DNA of 64,000 nt from Squalus acanthias (GCA_030390025.1 JASTWF010000033.1:5148001-5212000); one strand, 5' to 3'; shown: positions 1-14,437, counted from the first letter of the stretch. The notes: a model not told the origin generated them from the letters alone. Program-made: numbers and translations.

Positions 1-3000
1 TTCCTCTTGTCTTTTATTCCTCTTGTCTTTTATTCCTCTTGTCTTTTATTCCTCTTGTCTTTTATTCCTCTTGTCTTTTATTCCTCTTGTCTTTTATTCC
101 TCTTGTCTTTTATTCCTCTTGTCTTTTATTCCTCTTGTCTTTTATTCCTCTTGTCTTTTATTCCTCTTGTCTTTTATTCCTCTTGTCTTTTATTCCTCTT
201 GTCTTTTATTCCTCTTGTCTTTTATTCCTCTTGTCTTTTATTCCTCTTGTCTTTTATTCCTCTTGTCTTTTATTCCTCTTGTCTTTTATTCCTCTTGTCT
301 TTTATTCCTCTTGTCTTTTATTCCTCTTGTCTTTTATTCCTCTTGTCTTTTATTCCTCTTGTCTTTTATTCCTCTTGTCTTTTATTCCTCTTGTCTTTTA
401 TTCCTCTTGTCTTTTATTCCTCTTGTCTTTTATTCCTCTTGTCTTTTATTCCTCTTGTCTTTTATTCCTCTTGTCTTTTATTCCTCTTGTCTTTTATTCC
501 TCTTGTCTTTTATTCCTCTTGTCTTTTATTCCTCTTGTCTTTTATTCCTCTTGTCTTTTATTCCTCTTGTCTTTTATTCCTCTTGTCTTTTATTCCTCTT
601 GTCTTTTATTCCTCTTGTCTTTTATTCCTCTTGTCTTTTATTCCTCTTGTCTTTTATTCCTCTTGTCTTTTATTCCTCTTGTCTTTTATTCCTCTTGTCT
701 TTTATTCCTCTTGTCTTTTATTCCTCTTGTCTTTTATTCCTCTTGTCTTTTATTCCTCTTGTCTTTTATTCCTCTTGTCTTTTATTCCTCTTGTCTTTTA
801 TTCCTCTTGTCTTTTATTCCTCTTGTCTTTTATTCCTCTTGTCTTTTATTCCTCTTGTCTTTTATTCCTCTTGTCTTTTATTCCTCTTGTCTTTTATTCC
901 TCTTGTCTTTTATTCCTCTTGTCTTTTATTCCTCTTGTCTTTTATTCCTCTTGTCTTTTATTCCTCTTGTCTTTTATTCCTCTTGTCTTTTATTCCTCTT
1001 GTCTTTTATTCCTCTTGTCTTTTATTCCTCTTGTCTTTTATTCCTCTTGTCTTTTATTCCTCTTGTCTTTTATTCCTCTTGTCTTTTATTCCTCTTGTCT
1101 TTTATTCCTCTTGTCTTTTATTCCTCTTGTCTTTTATTCCTCTTGTCTTTTATTCCTCTTGTCTTTTATTCCTCTTGTCTTTTATTCCTCTTGTCTTTTA
1201 TTCCTCTTGTCTTTTATTCCTCTTGTCTTTTATTCCTCTTGTCTTTTATTCCTCTTGTCTTTTATTCCTCTTGTCTTTTATTCCTCTTGTCTTTTATTCC
1301 TCTTGTCTTTTATTCCTCTTGTCTTTTATTCCTCTTGTCTTTTATTCCTCTTGTCTTTTATTCCTCTTGTCTTTTATTCCTCTTGTCTTTTATTCCTCTT
1401 GTCTTTTATTCCTCTTGTCTTTTATTCCTCTTGTCTTTTATTCCTCTTGTCTTTTATTCCTCTTGTCTTTTATTCCTCTTGTCTTTTATTCCTCTTGTCT
1501 TTTATTCCTCTTGTCTTTTATTCCTCTTGTCTTTTATTCCTCTTGTCTTTTATTCCTCTTGTCTTTTATTCCTCTTGTCTTTTATTCCTCTTGTCTTTTA
1601 TTCCTCTTGTCTTTTATTCCTCTTGTCTTTTATTCCTCTTGTCTTTTATTCCTCTTGTCTTTTATTCCTCTTGTCTTTTATTCCTCTTGTCTTTTATTCC
1701 TCTTGTCTTTTATTCCTCTTGTCTTTTATTCCTCTTGTCTTTTATTCCTCTTGTCTTTTATTCCTCTTGTCTTTTATTCCTCTTGTCTTTTATTCCTCTT
1801 GTCTTTTATTCCTCTTGTCTTTTATTCCTCTTGTCTTTTATTCCTCTTGTCTTTTATTCCTCTTGTCTTTTATTCCTCTTGTCTTTTATTCCTCTTGTCT
1901 TTTATTCCTCTTGTCTTTTATTCCTCTTGTCTTTTATTCCTCTTGTCTTTTATTCCTCTTGTCTTTTATTCCTCTTGTCTTTTATTCCTCTTGTCTTTTA
2001 TTCCTCTTGTCTTTTATTCCTCTTGTCTTTTATTCCTCTTGTCTTTTATTCCTCTTGTCTTTTATTCCTCTTGTCTTTTATTCCTCTTGTCTTTTATTCC
2101 TCTTGTCTTTTATTCCTCTTGTCTTTTATTCCTCTTGTCTTTTATTCCTCTTGTCTTTTATTCCTCTTGTCTTTTATTCCTCTTGTCTTTTATTCCTCTT
2201 GTCTTTTATTCCTCTTGTCTTTTATTCCTCTTGTCTTTTATTCCTCTTGTCTTTTATTCCTCTTGTCTTTTATTCCTCTTGTCTTTTATTCCTCTTGTCT
2301 TTTATTCCTCTTGTCTTTTATTCCTCTTGTCTTTTATTCCTCTTGTCTTTTATTCCTCTTGTCTTTTATTCCTCTTGTCTTTTATTCCTCTTGTCTTTTA
2401 TTCCTCTTGTCTTTTATTCCTCTTGTCTTTTATTCCTCTTGTCTTTTATTCCTCTTGTCTTTTATTCCTCTTGTCTTTTATTCCTCTTGTCTTTTATTCC
2501 TCTTGTCTTTTATTCCTCTTGTCTTTTATTCCTCTTGTCTTTTATTCCTCTTGTCTTTTATTCCTCTTGTCTTTTATTCCTCTTGTCTTTTATTCCTCTT
2601 GTCTTTTATTCCTCTTGTCTTTTATTCCTCTTGTCTTTTATTCCTCTTGTCTTTTATTCCTCTTGTCTTTTATTCCTCTTGTCTTTTATTCCTCTTGTCT
2701 TTTATTCCTCTTGTCTTTTATTCCTCTTGTCTTTTATTCCTCTTGTCTTTTATTCCTCTTGTCTTTTATTCCTCTTGTCTTTTATTCCTCTTGTCTTTTA
2801 TTCCTCTTGTCTTTTATTCCTCTTGTCTTTTATTCCTCTTGTCTTTTATTCCTCTTGTCTTTTATTCCTCTTGTCTTTTATTCCTCTTGTCTTTTATTCC
2901 TCTTGTCTTTTATTCCTCTTGTCTTTTATTCCTCTTGTCTTTTATTCCTCTTGTCTTTTATTCCTCTTGTCTTTTATTCCTCTTGTCTTTTATTCCTCTT

Positions 3001-6000
3001 GTCTTTTATTCCTCTTGTCTTTTATTCCTCTTGTCTTTTATTCCTCTTGTCTTTTATTCCTCTTGTCTTTTATTCCTCTTGTCTTTTATTCCTCTTGTCT
3101 TTTATTCCTCTTGTCTTTTATTCCTCTTGTCTTTTATTCCTCTTGTCTTTTATTCCTCTTGTCTTTTATTCCTCTTGTCTTTTATTCCTCTTGTCTTTTA
3201 TTCCTCTTGTCTTTTATTCCTCTTGTCTTTTATTCCTCTTGTCTTTTATTCCTCTTGTCTTTTATTCCTCTTGTCTTTTATTCCTCTTGTCTTTTATTCC
3301 TCTTGTCTTTTATTCCTCTTGTCTTTTATTCCTCTTGTCTTTTATTCCTCTTGTCTTTTATTCCTCTTGTCTTTTATTCCTCTTGTCTTTTATTCCTCTT
3401 GTCTTTTATTCCTCTTGTCTTTTATTCCTCTTGTCTTTTATTCCTCTTGTCTTTTATTCCTCTTGTCTTTTATTCCTCTTGTCTTTTATTCCTCTTGTCT
3501 TTTATTCCTCTTGTCTTTTATTCCTCTTGTCTTTTATTCCTCTTGTCTTTTATTCCTCTTGTCTTTTATTCCTCTTGTCTTTTATTCCTCTTGTCTTTTA
3601 TTCCTCTTGTCTTTTATTCCTCTTGTCTTTTATTCCTCTTGTCTTTTATTCCTCTTGTCTTTTATTCCTCTTGTCTTTTATTCCTCTTGTCTTTTATTCC
3701 TCTTGTCTTTTATTCCTCTTGTCTTTTATTCCTCTTGTCTTTTATTCCTCTTGTCTTTTATTCCTCTTGTCTTTTATTCCTCTTGTCTTTTATTCCTCTT
3801 GTCTTTTATTCCTCTTGTCTTTTATTCCTCTTGTCTTTTATTCCTCTTGTCTTTTATTCCTCTTGTCTTTTATTCCTCTTGTCTTTTATTCCTCTTGTCT
3901 TTTATTCCTCTTGTCTTTTATTCCTCTTGTCTTTTATTCCTCTTGTCTTTTATTCCTCTTGTCTTTTATTCCTCTTGTCTTTTATTCCTCTTGTCTTTTA
4001 TTCCTCTTGTCTTTTATTCCTCTTGTCTTTTATTCCTCTTGTCTTTTATTCCTCTTGTCTTTTATTCCTCTTGTCTTTTATTCCTCTTGTCTTTTATTCC
4101 TCTTGTCTTTTATTCCTCTTGTCTTTTATTCCTCTTGTCTTTTATTCCTCTTGTCTTTTATTCCTCTTGTCTTTTATTCCTCTTGTCTTTTATTCCTCTT
4201 GTCTTTTATTCCTCTTGTCTTTTATTCCTCTTGTCTTTTATTCCTCTTGTCTTTTATTCCTCTTGTCTTTTATTCCTCTTGTCTTTTATTCCTCTTGTCT
4301 TTTATTCCTCTTGTCTTTTATTCCTCTTGTCTTTTATTCCTCTTGTCTTTTATTCCTCTTGTCTTTTATTCCTCTTGTCTTTTATTCCTCTTGTCTTTTA
4401 TTCCTCTTGTCTTTTATTCCTCTTGTCTTTTATTCCTCTTGTCTTTTATTCCTCTTGTCTTTTATTCCTCTTGTCTTTTATTCCTCTTGTCTTTTATTCC
4501 TCTTGTCTTTTATTCCTCTTGTCTTTTATTCCTCTTGTCTTTTATTCCTCTTGTCTTTTATTCCTCTTGTCTTTTATTCCTCTTGTCTTTTATTCCTCTT
4601 GTCTTTTATTCCTCTTGTCTTTTATTCCTCTTGTCTTTTATTCCTCTTGTCTTTTATTCCTCTTGTCTTTTATTCCTCTTGTCTTTTATTCCTCTTGTCT
4701 TTTATTCCTCTTGTCTTTTATTCCTCTTGTCTTTTATTCCTCTTGTCTTTTATTCCTCTTGTCTTTTATTCCTCTTGTCTTTTATTCCTCTTGTCTTTTA
4801 TTCCTCTTGTCTTTTATTCCTCTTGTCTTTTATTCCTCTTGTCTTTTATTCCTCTTGTCTTTTATTCCTCTTGTCTTTTATTCCTCTTGTCTTTTATTCC
4901 TCTTGTCTTTTATTCCTCTTGTCTTTTATTCCTCTTGTCTTTTATTCCTCTTGTCTTTTATTCCTCTTGTCTTTTATTCCTCTTGTCTTTTATTCCTCTT
5001 GTCTTTTATTCCTCTTGTCTTTTATTCCTCTTGTCTTTTATTCCTCTTGTCTTTTATTCCTCTTGTCTTTTATTCCTCTTGTCTTTTATTCCTCTTGTCT
5101 TTTATTCCTCTTGTCTTTTATTCCTCTTGTCTTTTATTCCTCTTGTCTTTTATTCCTCTTGTCTTTTATTCCTCTTGTCTTTTATTCCTCTTGTCTTTTA
5201 TTCCTCTTGTCTTTTATTCCTCTTGTCTTTTATTCCTCTTGTCTTTTATTCCTCTTGTCTTTTATTCCTCTTGTCTTTTATTCCTCTTGTCTTTTATTCC
5301 TCTTGTCTTTTATTCCTCTTGTCTTTTATTCCTCTTGTCTTTTATTCCTCTTGTCTTTTATTCCTCTTGTCTTTTATTCCTCTTGTCTTTTATTCCTCTT
5401 GTCTTTTATTCCTCTTGTCTTTTATTCCTCTTGTCTTTTATTCCTCTTGTCTTTTATTCCTCTTGTCTTTTATTCCTCTTGTCTTTTATTCCTCTTGTCT
5501 TTTATTCCTCTTGTCTTTTATTCCTCTTGTCTTTTATTCCTCTTGTCTTTTATTCCTCTTGTCTTTTATTCCTCTTGTCTTTTATTCCTCTTGTCTTTTA
5601 TTCCTCTTGTCTTTTATTCCTCTTGTCTTTTATTCCTCTTGTCTTTTATTCCTCTTGTCTTTTATTCCTCTTGTCTTTTATTCCTCTTGTCTTTTATTCC
5701 TCTTGTCTTTTATTCCTCTTGTCTTTTATTCCTCTTGTCTTTTATTCCTCTTGTCTTTTATTCCTCTTGTCTTTTATTCCTCTTGTCTTTTATTCCTCTT
5801 GTCTTTTATTCCTCTTGTCTTTTATTCCTCTTGTCTTTTATTCCTCTTGTCTTTTATTCCTCTTGTCTTTTATTCCTCTTGTCTTTTATTCCTCTTGTCT
5901 TTTATTCCTCTTGTCTTTTATTCCTCTTGTCTTTTATTCCTCTTGTCTTTTATTCCTCTTGTCTTTTATTCCTCTTGTCTTTTATTCCTCTTGTCTTTTA

Positions 6001-9000
6001 TTCCTCTTGTCTTTTATTCCTCTTGTCTTTTATTCCTCTTGTCTTTTATTCCTCTTGTCTTTTATTCCTCTTGTCTTTTATTCCTCTTGTCTTTTATTCC
6101 TCTTGTCTTTTATTCCTCTTGTCTTTTATTCCTCTTGTCTTTTATTCCTCTTGTCTTTTATTCCTCTTGTCTTTTATTCCTCTTGTCTTTTATTCCTCTT
6201 GTCTTTTATTCCTCTTGTCTTTTATTCCTCTTGTCTTTTATTCCTCTTGTCTTTTATTCCTCTTGTCTTTTATTCCTCTTGTCTTTTATTCCTCTTGTCT
6301 TTTATTCCTCTTGTCTTTTATTCCTCTTGTCTTTTATTCCTCTTGTCTTTTATTCCTCTTGTCTTTTATTCCTCTTGTCTTTTATTCCTCTTGTCTTTTA
6401 TTCCTCTTGTCTTTTATTCCTCTTGTCTTTTATTCCTCTTGTCTTTTATTCCTCTTGTCTTTTATTCCTCTTGTCTTTTATTCCTCTTGTCTTTTATTCC
6501 TCTTGTCTTTTATTCCTCTTGTCTTTTATTCCTCTTGTCTTTTATTCCTCTTGTCTTTTATTCCTCTTGTCTTTTATTCCTCTTGTCTTTTATTCCTCTT
6601 GTCTTTTATTCCTCTTGTCTTTTATTCCTCTTGTCTTTTATTCCTCTTGTCTTTTATTCCTCTTGTCTTTTATTCCTCTTGTCTTTTATTCCTCTTGTCT
6701 TTTATTCCTCTTGTCTTTTATTCCTCTTGTCTTTTATTCCTCTTGTCTTTTATTCCTCTTGTCTTTTATTCCTCTTGTCTTTTATTCCTCTTGTCTTTTA
6801 TTCCTCTTGTCTTTTATTCCTCTTGTCTTTTATTCCTCTTGTCTTTTATTCCTCTTGTCTTTTATTCCTCTTGTCTTTTATTCCTCTTGTCTTTTATTCC
6901 TCTTGTCTTTTATTCCTCTTGTCTTTTATTCCTCTTGTCTTTTATTCCTCTTGTCTTTTATTCCTCTTGTCTTTTATTCCTCTTGTCTTTTATTCCTCTT
7001 GTCTTTTATTCCTCTTGTCTTTTATTCCTCTTGTCTTTTATTCCTCTTGTCTTTTATTCCTCTTGTCTTTTATTCCTCTTGTCTTTTATTCCTCTTGTCT
7101 TTTATTCCTCTTGTCTTTTATTCCTCTTGTCTTTTATTCCTCTTGTCTTTTATTCCTCTTGTCTTTTATTCCTCTTGTCTTTTATTCCTCTTGTCTTTTA
7201 TTCCTCTTGTCTTTTATTCCTCTTGTCTTTTATTCCTCTTGTCTTTTATTCCTCTTGTCTTTTATTCCTCTTGTCTTTTATTCCTCTTGTCTTTTATTCC
7301 TCTTGTCTTTTATTCCTCTTGTCTTTTATTCCTCTTGTCTTTTATTCCTCTTGTCTTTTATTCCTCTTGTCTTTTATTCCTCTTGTCTTTTATTCCTCTT
7401 GTCTTTTATTCCTCTTGTCTTTTATTCCTCTTGTCTTTTATTCCTCTTGTCTTTTATTCCTCTTGTCTTTTATTCCTCTTGTCTTTTATTCCTCTTGTCT
7501 TTTATTCCTCTTGTCTTTTATTCCTCTTGTCTTTTATTCCTCTTGTCTTTTATTCCTCTTGTCTTTTATTCCTCTTGTCTTTTATTCCTCTTGTCTTTTA
7601 TTCCTCTTGTCTTTTATTCCTCTTGTCTTTTATTCCTCTTGTCTTTTATTCCTCTTGTCTTTTATTCCTCTTGTCTTTTATTCCTCTTGTCTTTTATTCC
7701 TCTTGTCTTTTATTCCTCTTGTCTTTTATTCCTCTTGTCTTTTATTCCTCTTGTCTTTTATTCCTCTTGTCTTTTATTCCTCTTGTCTTTTATTCCTCTT
7801 GTCTTTTATTCCTCTTGTCTTTTATTCCTCTTGTCTTTTATTCCTCTTGTCTTTTATTCCTCTTGTCTTTTATTCCTCTTGTCTTTTATTCCTCTTGTCT
7901 TTTATTCCTCTTGTCTTTTATTCCTCTTGTCTTTTATTCCTCTTGTCTTTTATTCCTCTTGTCTTTTATTCCTCTTGTCTTTTATTCCTCTTGTCTTTTA
8001 TTCCTCTTGTCTTTTATTCCTCTTGTCTTTTATTCCTCTTGTCTTTTATTCCTCTTGTCTTTTATTCCTCTTGTCTTTTATTCCTCTTGTCTTTTATTCC
8101 TCTTGTCTTTTATTCCTCTTGTCTTTTATTCCTCTTGTCTTTTATTCCTCTTGTCTTTTATTCCTCTTGTCTTTTATTCCTCTTGTCTTTTATTCCTCTT
8201 GTCTTTTATTCCTCTTGTCTTTTATTCCTCTTGTCTTTTATTCCTCTTGTCTTTTATTCCTCTTGTCTTTTATTCCTCTTGTCTTTTATTCCTCTTGTCT
8301 TTTATTCCTCTTGTCTTTTATTCCTCTTGTCTTTTATTCCTCTTGTCTTTTATTCCTCTTGTCTTTTATTCCTCTTGTCTTTTATTCCTCTTGTCTTTTA
8401 TTCCTCTTGTCTTTTATTCCTCTTGTCTTTTATTCCTCTTGTCTTTTATTCCTCTTGTCTTTTATTCCTCTTGTCTTTTATTCCTCTTGTCTTTTATTCC
8501 TCTTGTCTTTTATTCCTCTTGTCTTTTATTCCTCTTGTCTTTTATTCCTCTTGTCTTTTATTCCTCTTGTCTTTTATTCCTCTTGTCTTTTATTCCTCTT
8601 GTCTTTTATTCCTCTTGTCTTTTATTCCTCTTGTCTTTTATTCCTCTTGTCTTTTATTCCTCTTGTCTTTTATTCCTCTTGTCTTTTATTCCTCTTGTCT
8701 TTTATTCCTCTTGTCTTTTATTCCTCTTGTCTTTTATTCCTCTTGTCTTTTATTCCTCTTGTCTTTTATTCCTCTTGTCTTTTATTCCTCTTGTCTTTTA
8801 TTCCTCTTGTCTTTTATTCCTCTTGTCTTTTATTCCTCTTGTCTTTTATTCCTCTTGTCTTTTATTCCTCTTGTCTTTTATTCCTCTTGTCTTTTATTCC
8901 TCTTGTCTTTTATTCCTCTTGTCTTTTATTCCTCTTGTCTTTTATTCCTCTTGTCTTTTATTCCTCTTGTCTTTTATTCCTCTTGTCTTTTATTCCTCTT

Positions 9001-12000
9001 GTCTTTTATTCCTCTTGTCTTTTATTCCTCTTGTCTTTTATTCCTCTTGTCTTTTATTCCTCTTGTCTTTTATTCCTCTTGTCTTTTATTCCTCTTGTCT
9101 TTTATTCCTCTTGTCTTTTATTCCTCTTGTCTTTTATTCCTCTTGTCTTTTATTCCTCTTGTCTTTTATTCCTCTTGTCTTTTATTCCTCTTGTCTTTTA
9201 TTCCTCTTGTCTTTTATTCCTCTTGTCTTTTATTCCTCTTGTCTTTTATTCCTCTTGTCTTTTATTCCTCTTGTCTTTTATTCCTCTTGTCTTTTATTCC
9301 TCTTGTCTTTTATTCCTCTTGTCTTTTATTCCTCTTGTCTTTTATTCCTCTTGTCTTTTATTCCTCTTGTCTTTTATTCCTCTTGTCTTTTATTCCTCTT
9401 GTCTTTTATTCCTCTTGTCTTTTATTCCTCTTGTCTTTTATTCCTCTTGTCTTTTATTCCTCTTGTCTTTTATTCCTCTTGTCTTTTATTCCTCTTGTCT
9501 TTTATTCCTCTTGTCTTTTATTCCTCTTGTCTTTTATTCCTCTTGTCTTTTATTCCTCTTGTCTTTTATTCCTCTTGTCTTTTATTCCTCTTGTCTTTTA
9601 TTCCTCTTGTCTTTTATTCCTCTTGTCTTTTATTCCTCTTGTCTTTTATTCCTCTTGTCTTTTATTCCTCTTGTCTTTTATTCCTCTTGTCTTTTATTCC
9701 TCTTGTCTTTTATTCCTCTTGTCTTTTATTCCTCTTGTCTTTTATTCCTCTTGTCTTTTATTCCTCTTGTCTTTTATTCCTCTTGTCTTTTATTCCTCTT
9801 GTCTTTTATTCCTCTTGTCTTTTATTCCTCTTGTCTTTTATTCCTCTTGTCTTTTATTCCTCTTGTCTTTTATTCCTCTTGTCTTTTATTCCTCTTGTCT
9901 TTTATTCCTCTTGTCTTTTATTCCTCTTGTCTTTTATTCCTCTTGTCTTTTATTCCTCTTGTCTTTTATTCCTCTTGTCTTTTATTCCTCTTGTCTTTTA
10001 TTCCTCTTGTCTTTTATTCCTCTTGTCTTTTATTCCTCTTGTCTTTTATTCCTCTTGTCTTTTATTCCTCTTGTCTTTTATTCCTCTTGTCTTTTATTCC
10101 TCTTGTCTTTTATTCCTCTTGTCTTTTATTCCTCTTGTCTTTTATTCCTCTTGTCTTTTATTCCTCTTGTCTTTTATTCCTCTTGTCTTTTATTCCTCTT
10201 GTCTTTTATTCCTCTTGTCTTTTATTCCTCTTGTCTTTTATTCCTCTTGTCTTTTATTCCTCTTGTCTTTTATTCCTCTTGTCTTTTATTCCTCTTGTCT
10301 TTTATTCCTCTTGTCTTTTATTCCTCTTGTCTTTTATTCCTCTTGTCTTTTATTCCTCTTGTCTTTTATTCCTCTTGTCTTTTATTCCTCTTGTCTTTTA
10401 TTCCTCTTGTCTTTTATTCCTCTTGTCTTTTATTCCTCTTGTCTTTTATTCCTCTTGTCTTTTATTCCTCTTGTCTTTTATTCCTCTTGTCTTTTATTCC
10501 TCTTGTCTTTTATTCCTCTTGTCTTTTATTCCTCTTGTCTTTTATTCCTCTTGTCTTTTATTCCTCTTGTCTTTTATTCCTCTTGTCTTTTATTCCTCTT
10601 GTCTTTTATTCCTCTTGTCTTTTATTCCTCTTGTCTTTTATTCCTCTTGTCTTTTATTCCTCTTGTCTTTTATTCCTCTTGTCTTTTATTCCTCTTGTCT
10701 TTTATTCCTCTTGTCTTTTATTCCTCTTGTCTTTTATTCCTCTTGTCTTTTATTCCTCTTGTCTTTTATTCCTCTTGTCTTTTATTCCTCTTGTCTTTTA
10801 TTCCTCTTGTCTTTTATTCCTCTTGTCTTTTATTCCTCTTGTCTTTTATTCCTCTTGTCTTTTATTCCTCTTGTCTTTTATTCCTCTTGTCTTTTATTCC
10901 TCTTGTCTTTTATTCCTCTTGTCTTTTATTCCTCTTGTCTTTTATTCCTCTTGTCTTTTATTCCTCTTGTCTTTTATTCCTCTTGTCTTTTATTCCTCTT
11001 GTCTTTTATTCCTCTTGTCTTTTATTCCTCTTGTCTTTTATTCCTCTTGTCTTTTATTCCTCTTGTCTTTTATTCCTCTTGTCTTTTATTCCTCTTGTCT
11101 TTTATTCCTCTTGTCTTTTATTCCTCTTGTCTTTTATTCCTCTTGTCTTTTATTCCTCTTGTCTTTTATTCCTCTTGTCTTTTATTCCTCTTGTCTTTTA
11201 TTCCTCTTGTCTTTTATTCCTCTTGTCTTTTATTCCTCTTGTCTTTTATTCCTCTTGTCTTTTATTCCTCTTGTCTTTTATTCCTCTTGTCTTTTATTCC
11301 TCTTGTCTTTTATTCCTCTTGTCTTTTATTCCTCTTGTCTTTTATTCCTCTTGTCTTTTATTCCTCTTGTCTTTTATTCCTCTTGTCTTTTATTCCTCTT
11401 GTCTTTTATTCCTCTTGTCTTTTATTCCTCTTGTCTTTTATTCCTCTTGTCTTTTATTCCTCTTGTCTTTTATTCCTCTTGTCTTTTATTCCTCTTGTCT
11501 TTTATTCCTCTTGTCTTTTATTCCTCTTGTCTTTTATTCCTCTTGTCTTTTATTCCTCTTGTCTTTTATTCCTCTTGTCTTTTATTCCTCTTGTCTTTTA
11601 TTCCTCTTGTCTTTTATTCCTCTTGTCTTTTATTCCTCTTGTCTTTTATTCCTCTTGTCTTTTATTCCTCTTGTCTTTTATTCCTCTTGTCTTTTATTCC
11701 TCTTGTCTTTTATTCCTCTTGTCTTTTATTCCTCTTGTCTTTTATTCCTCTTGTCTTTTATTCCTCTTGTCTTTTATTCCTCTTGTCTTTTATTCCTCTT
11801 GTCTTTTATTCCTCTTGTCTTTTATTCCTCTTGTCTTTTATTCCTCTTGTCTTTTATTCCTCTTGTCTTTTATTCCTCTTGTCTTTTATTCCTCTTGTCT
11901 TTTATTCCTCTTGTCTTTTATTCCTCTTGTCTTTTATTCCTCTTGTCTTTTATTCCTCTTGTCTTTTATTCCTCTTGTCTTTTATTCCTCTTGTCTTTTA

Positions 12001-13710
12001 TTCCTCTTGTCTTTTATTCCTCTTGTCTTTTATTCCTCTTGTCTTTTATTCCTCTTGTCTTTTATTCCTCTTGTCTTTTATTCCTCTTGTCTTTTATTCC
12101 TCTTGTCTTTTATTCCTCTTGTCTTTTATTCCTCTTGTCTTTTATTCCTCTTGTCTTTTATTCCTCTTGTCTTTTATTCCTCTTGTCTTTTATTCCTCTT
12201 GTCTTTTATTCCTCTTGTCTTTTATTCCTCTTGTCTTTTATTCCTCTTGTCTTTTATTCCTCTTGTCTTTTATTCCTCTTGTCTTTTATTCCTCTTGTCT
12301 TTTATTCCTCTTGTCTTTTATTCCTCTTGTCTTTTATTCCTCTTGTCTTTTATTCCTCTTGTCTTTTATTCCTCTTGTCTTTTATTCCTCTTGTCTTTTA
12401 TTCCTCTTGTCTTTTATTCCTCTTGTCTTTTATTCCTCTTGTCTTTTATTCCTCTTGTCTTTTATTCCTCTTGTCTTTTATTCCTCTTGTCTTTTATTCC
12501 TCTTGTCTTTTATTCCTCTTGTCTTTTATTCCTCTTGTCTTTTATTCCTCTTGTCTTTTATTCCTCTTGTCTTTTATTCCTCTTGTCTTTTATTCCTCTT
12601 GTCTTTTATTCCTCTTGTCTTTTATTCCTCTTGTCTTTTATTCCTCTTGTCTTTTATTCCTCTTGTCTTTTATTCCTCTTGTCTTTTATTCCTCTTGTCT
12701 TTTATTCCTCTTGTCTTTTATTCCTCTTGTCTTTTATTCCTCTTGTCTTTTATTCCTCTTGTCTTTTATTCCTCTTGTCTTTTATTCCTCTTGTCTTTTA
12801 TTCCTCTTGTCTTTTATTCCTCTTGTCTTTTATTCCTCTTGTCTTTTATTCCTCTTGTCTTTTATTCCTCTTGTCTTTTATTCCTCTTGTCTTTTATTCC
12901 TCTTGTCTTTTATTCCTCTTGTCTTTTATTCCTCTTGTCTTTTATTCCTCTTGTCTTTTATTCCTCTTGTCTTTTATTCCTCTTGTCTTTTATTCCTCTT
13001 GTCTTTTATTCCTCTTGTCTTTTATTCCTCTTGTCTTTTATTCCTCTTGTCTTTTATTCCTCTTGTCTTTTATTCCTCTTGTCTTTTATTCCTCTTGTCT
13101 TTTATTCCTCTTGTCTTTTATTCCTCTTGTCTTTTATTCCTCTTGTCTTTTATTCCTCTTGTCTTTTATTCCTCTTGTCTTTTATTCCTCTTGTCTTTTA
13201 TTCCTCTTGTCTTTTATTCCTCTTGTCTTTTATTCCTCTTGTCTTTTATTCCTCTTGTCTTTTATTCCTCTTGTCTTTTATTCCTCTTGTCTTTTATTCC
13301 TCTTGTCTTTTATTCCTCTTGTCTTTTATTCCTCTTGTCTTTTATTCCTCTTGTCTTTTATTCCTCTTGTCTTTTATTCCTCTTGTCTTTTATTCCTCTT
13401 GTCTTTTATTCCTCTTGTCTTTTATTCCTCTTGTCTTTTATTCCTCTTGTCTTTTATTCCTCTTGTCTTTTATTCCTCTTGTCTTTTATTCCTCTTGTCT
13501 TTTATTCCTCTTGTCTTTTATTCCTCTTGTCTTTTATTCCTCTTGTCTTTTATTCCTCTTGTCTTTTATTCCTCTTGTCTTTTATTCCTCTTGTCTTTTA
13601 TTCCTCTTGTCTTTTATTCCTCTTGTCTTTTATTCCTCTTGTCTTTTATTCCTCTTGTCTTTTATTCCTCTTGTCTTTTATTCCTCTTGTCTTTTATTCC
13701 TCTTGTCTTT
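1..13710. repeat. Perfect block 1, about 856 identical units
   Basis: No deviation seen until a missing T at about 13711. Line phase and all three translated frames are invariant. Confidence 0.93.
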
Positions 13711-14437
13711 ATTCCTTTGTCTTTTATTCTCTTGTCTTTTATTCCTCTTTTCTTTATTCCTCTTGTCTTTTATTCCTCTTGTCTTTTATTCCTCTTGTCT
13801 TTTAATCCTCTTGTCTTTTATTCCTCTGTCTTTTATTCCCTCGTCTTTTATTCCTCTTGTCTTTTTATTCCTCTTGTCTTTTATTCCTCTTGTCTTTTAT
13901 TCCTCTCGGTCTTTTATTCCTCTTGTCTTTTATTCCTCTTGTCTTTTATTCTCTTGTCTTTTATTCCTCTTGTCTTTTATTCCTCTTGTCTTTTATTCCT
14001 CTTGTCTTTTATTCCTCTTGTCTTTTATTCCTCTTGTCTTTTATTCCTCTTGTCTTTTATTCCTCTTGTCTTTTATTCCCTTGTCCTTTATTCCTCTTGT
14101 CTTTTATTCCTCTTGTCTTTTATTCCTCTTGTCTTTTATCCTCTTGTCTTTTATTCCTCTTGTCTTTTATCCTCTTGTCTTTTATTCCTCTTGTCTTTTA
14201 TTCCCTTGTCTTTTATTCCTCTTGTCTTTTATTCCTCTTGTCTTTTATTCCTCTTGTCTTTTATTCCTCTTGTCTTTTATTCCTCTTGTCTTTTATTCCT
14301 CTTGTCTTTTATTCCTCTTGTCTTTTATTCCTCTTGTCTTTTATTCCTCTTGTCTTTTATTCCCTTGTCTTTTATTCCTCTTGTCTTTTATTCCTCTTGT
14401 CTTTTATTCCTCTTGTCTTTTATTCCTCTTGTCTTTA
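13711..14437. repeat. Variant-dense island 1 (mostly 1-bp indels)
   Basis: Units with TTT or TTTTT instead of TTTT, ATTCTCTT, ATCCTC, ATTCCCTT, AATCC (13804) and CTCGGTC (about 13906), flanked by perfect repeats. Confidence 0.9.
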
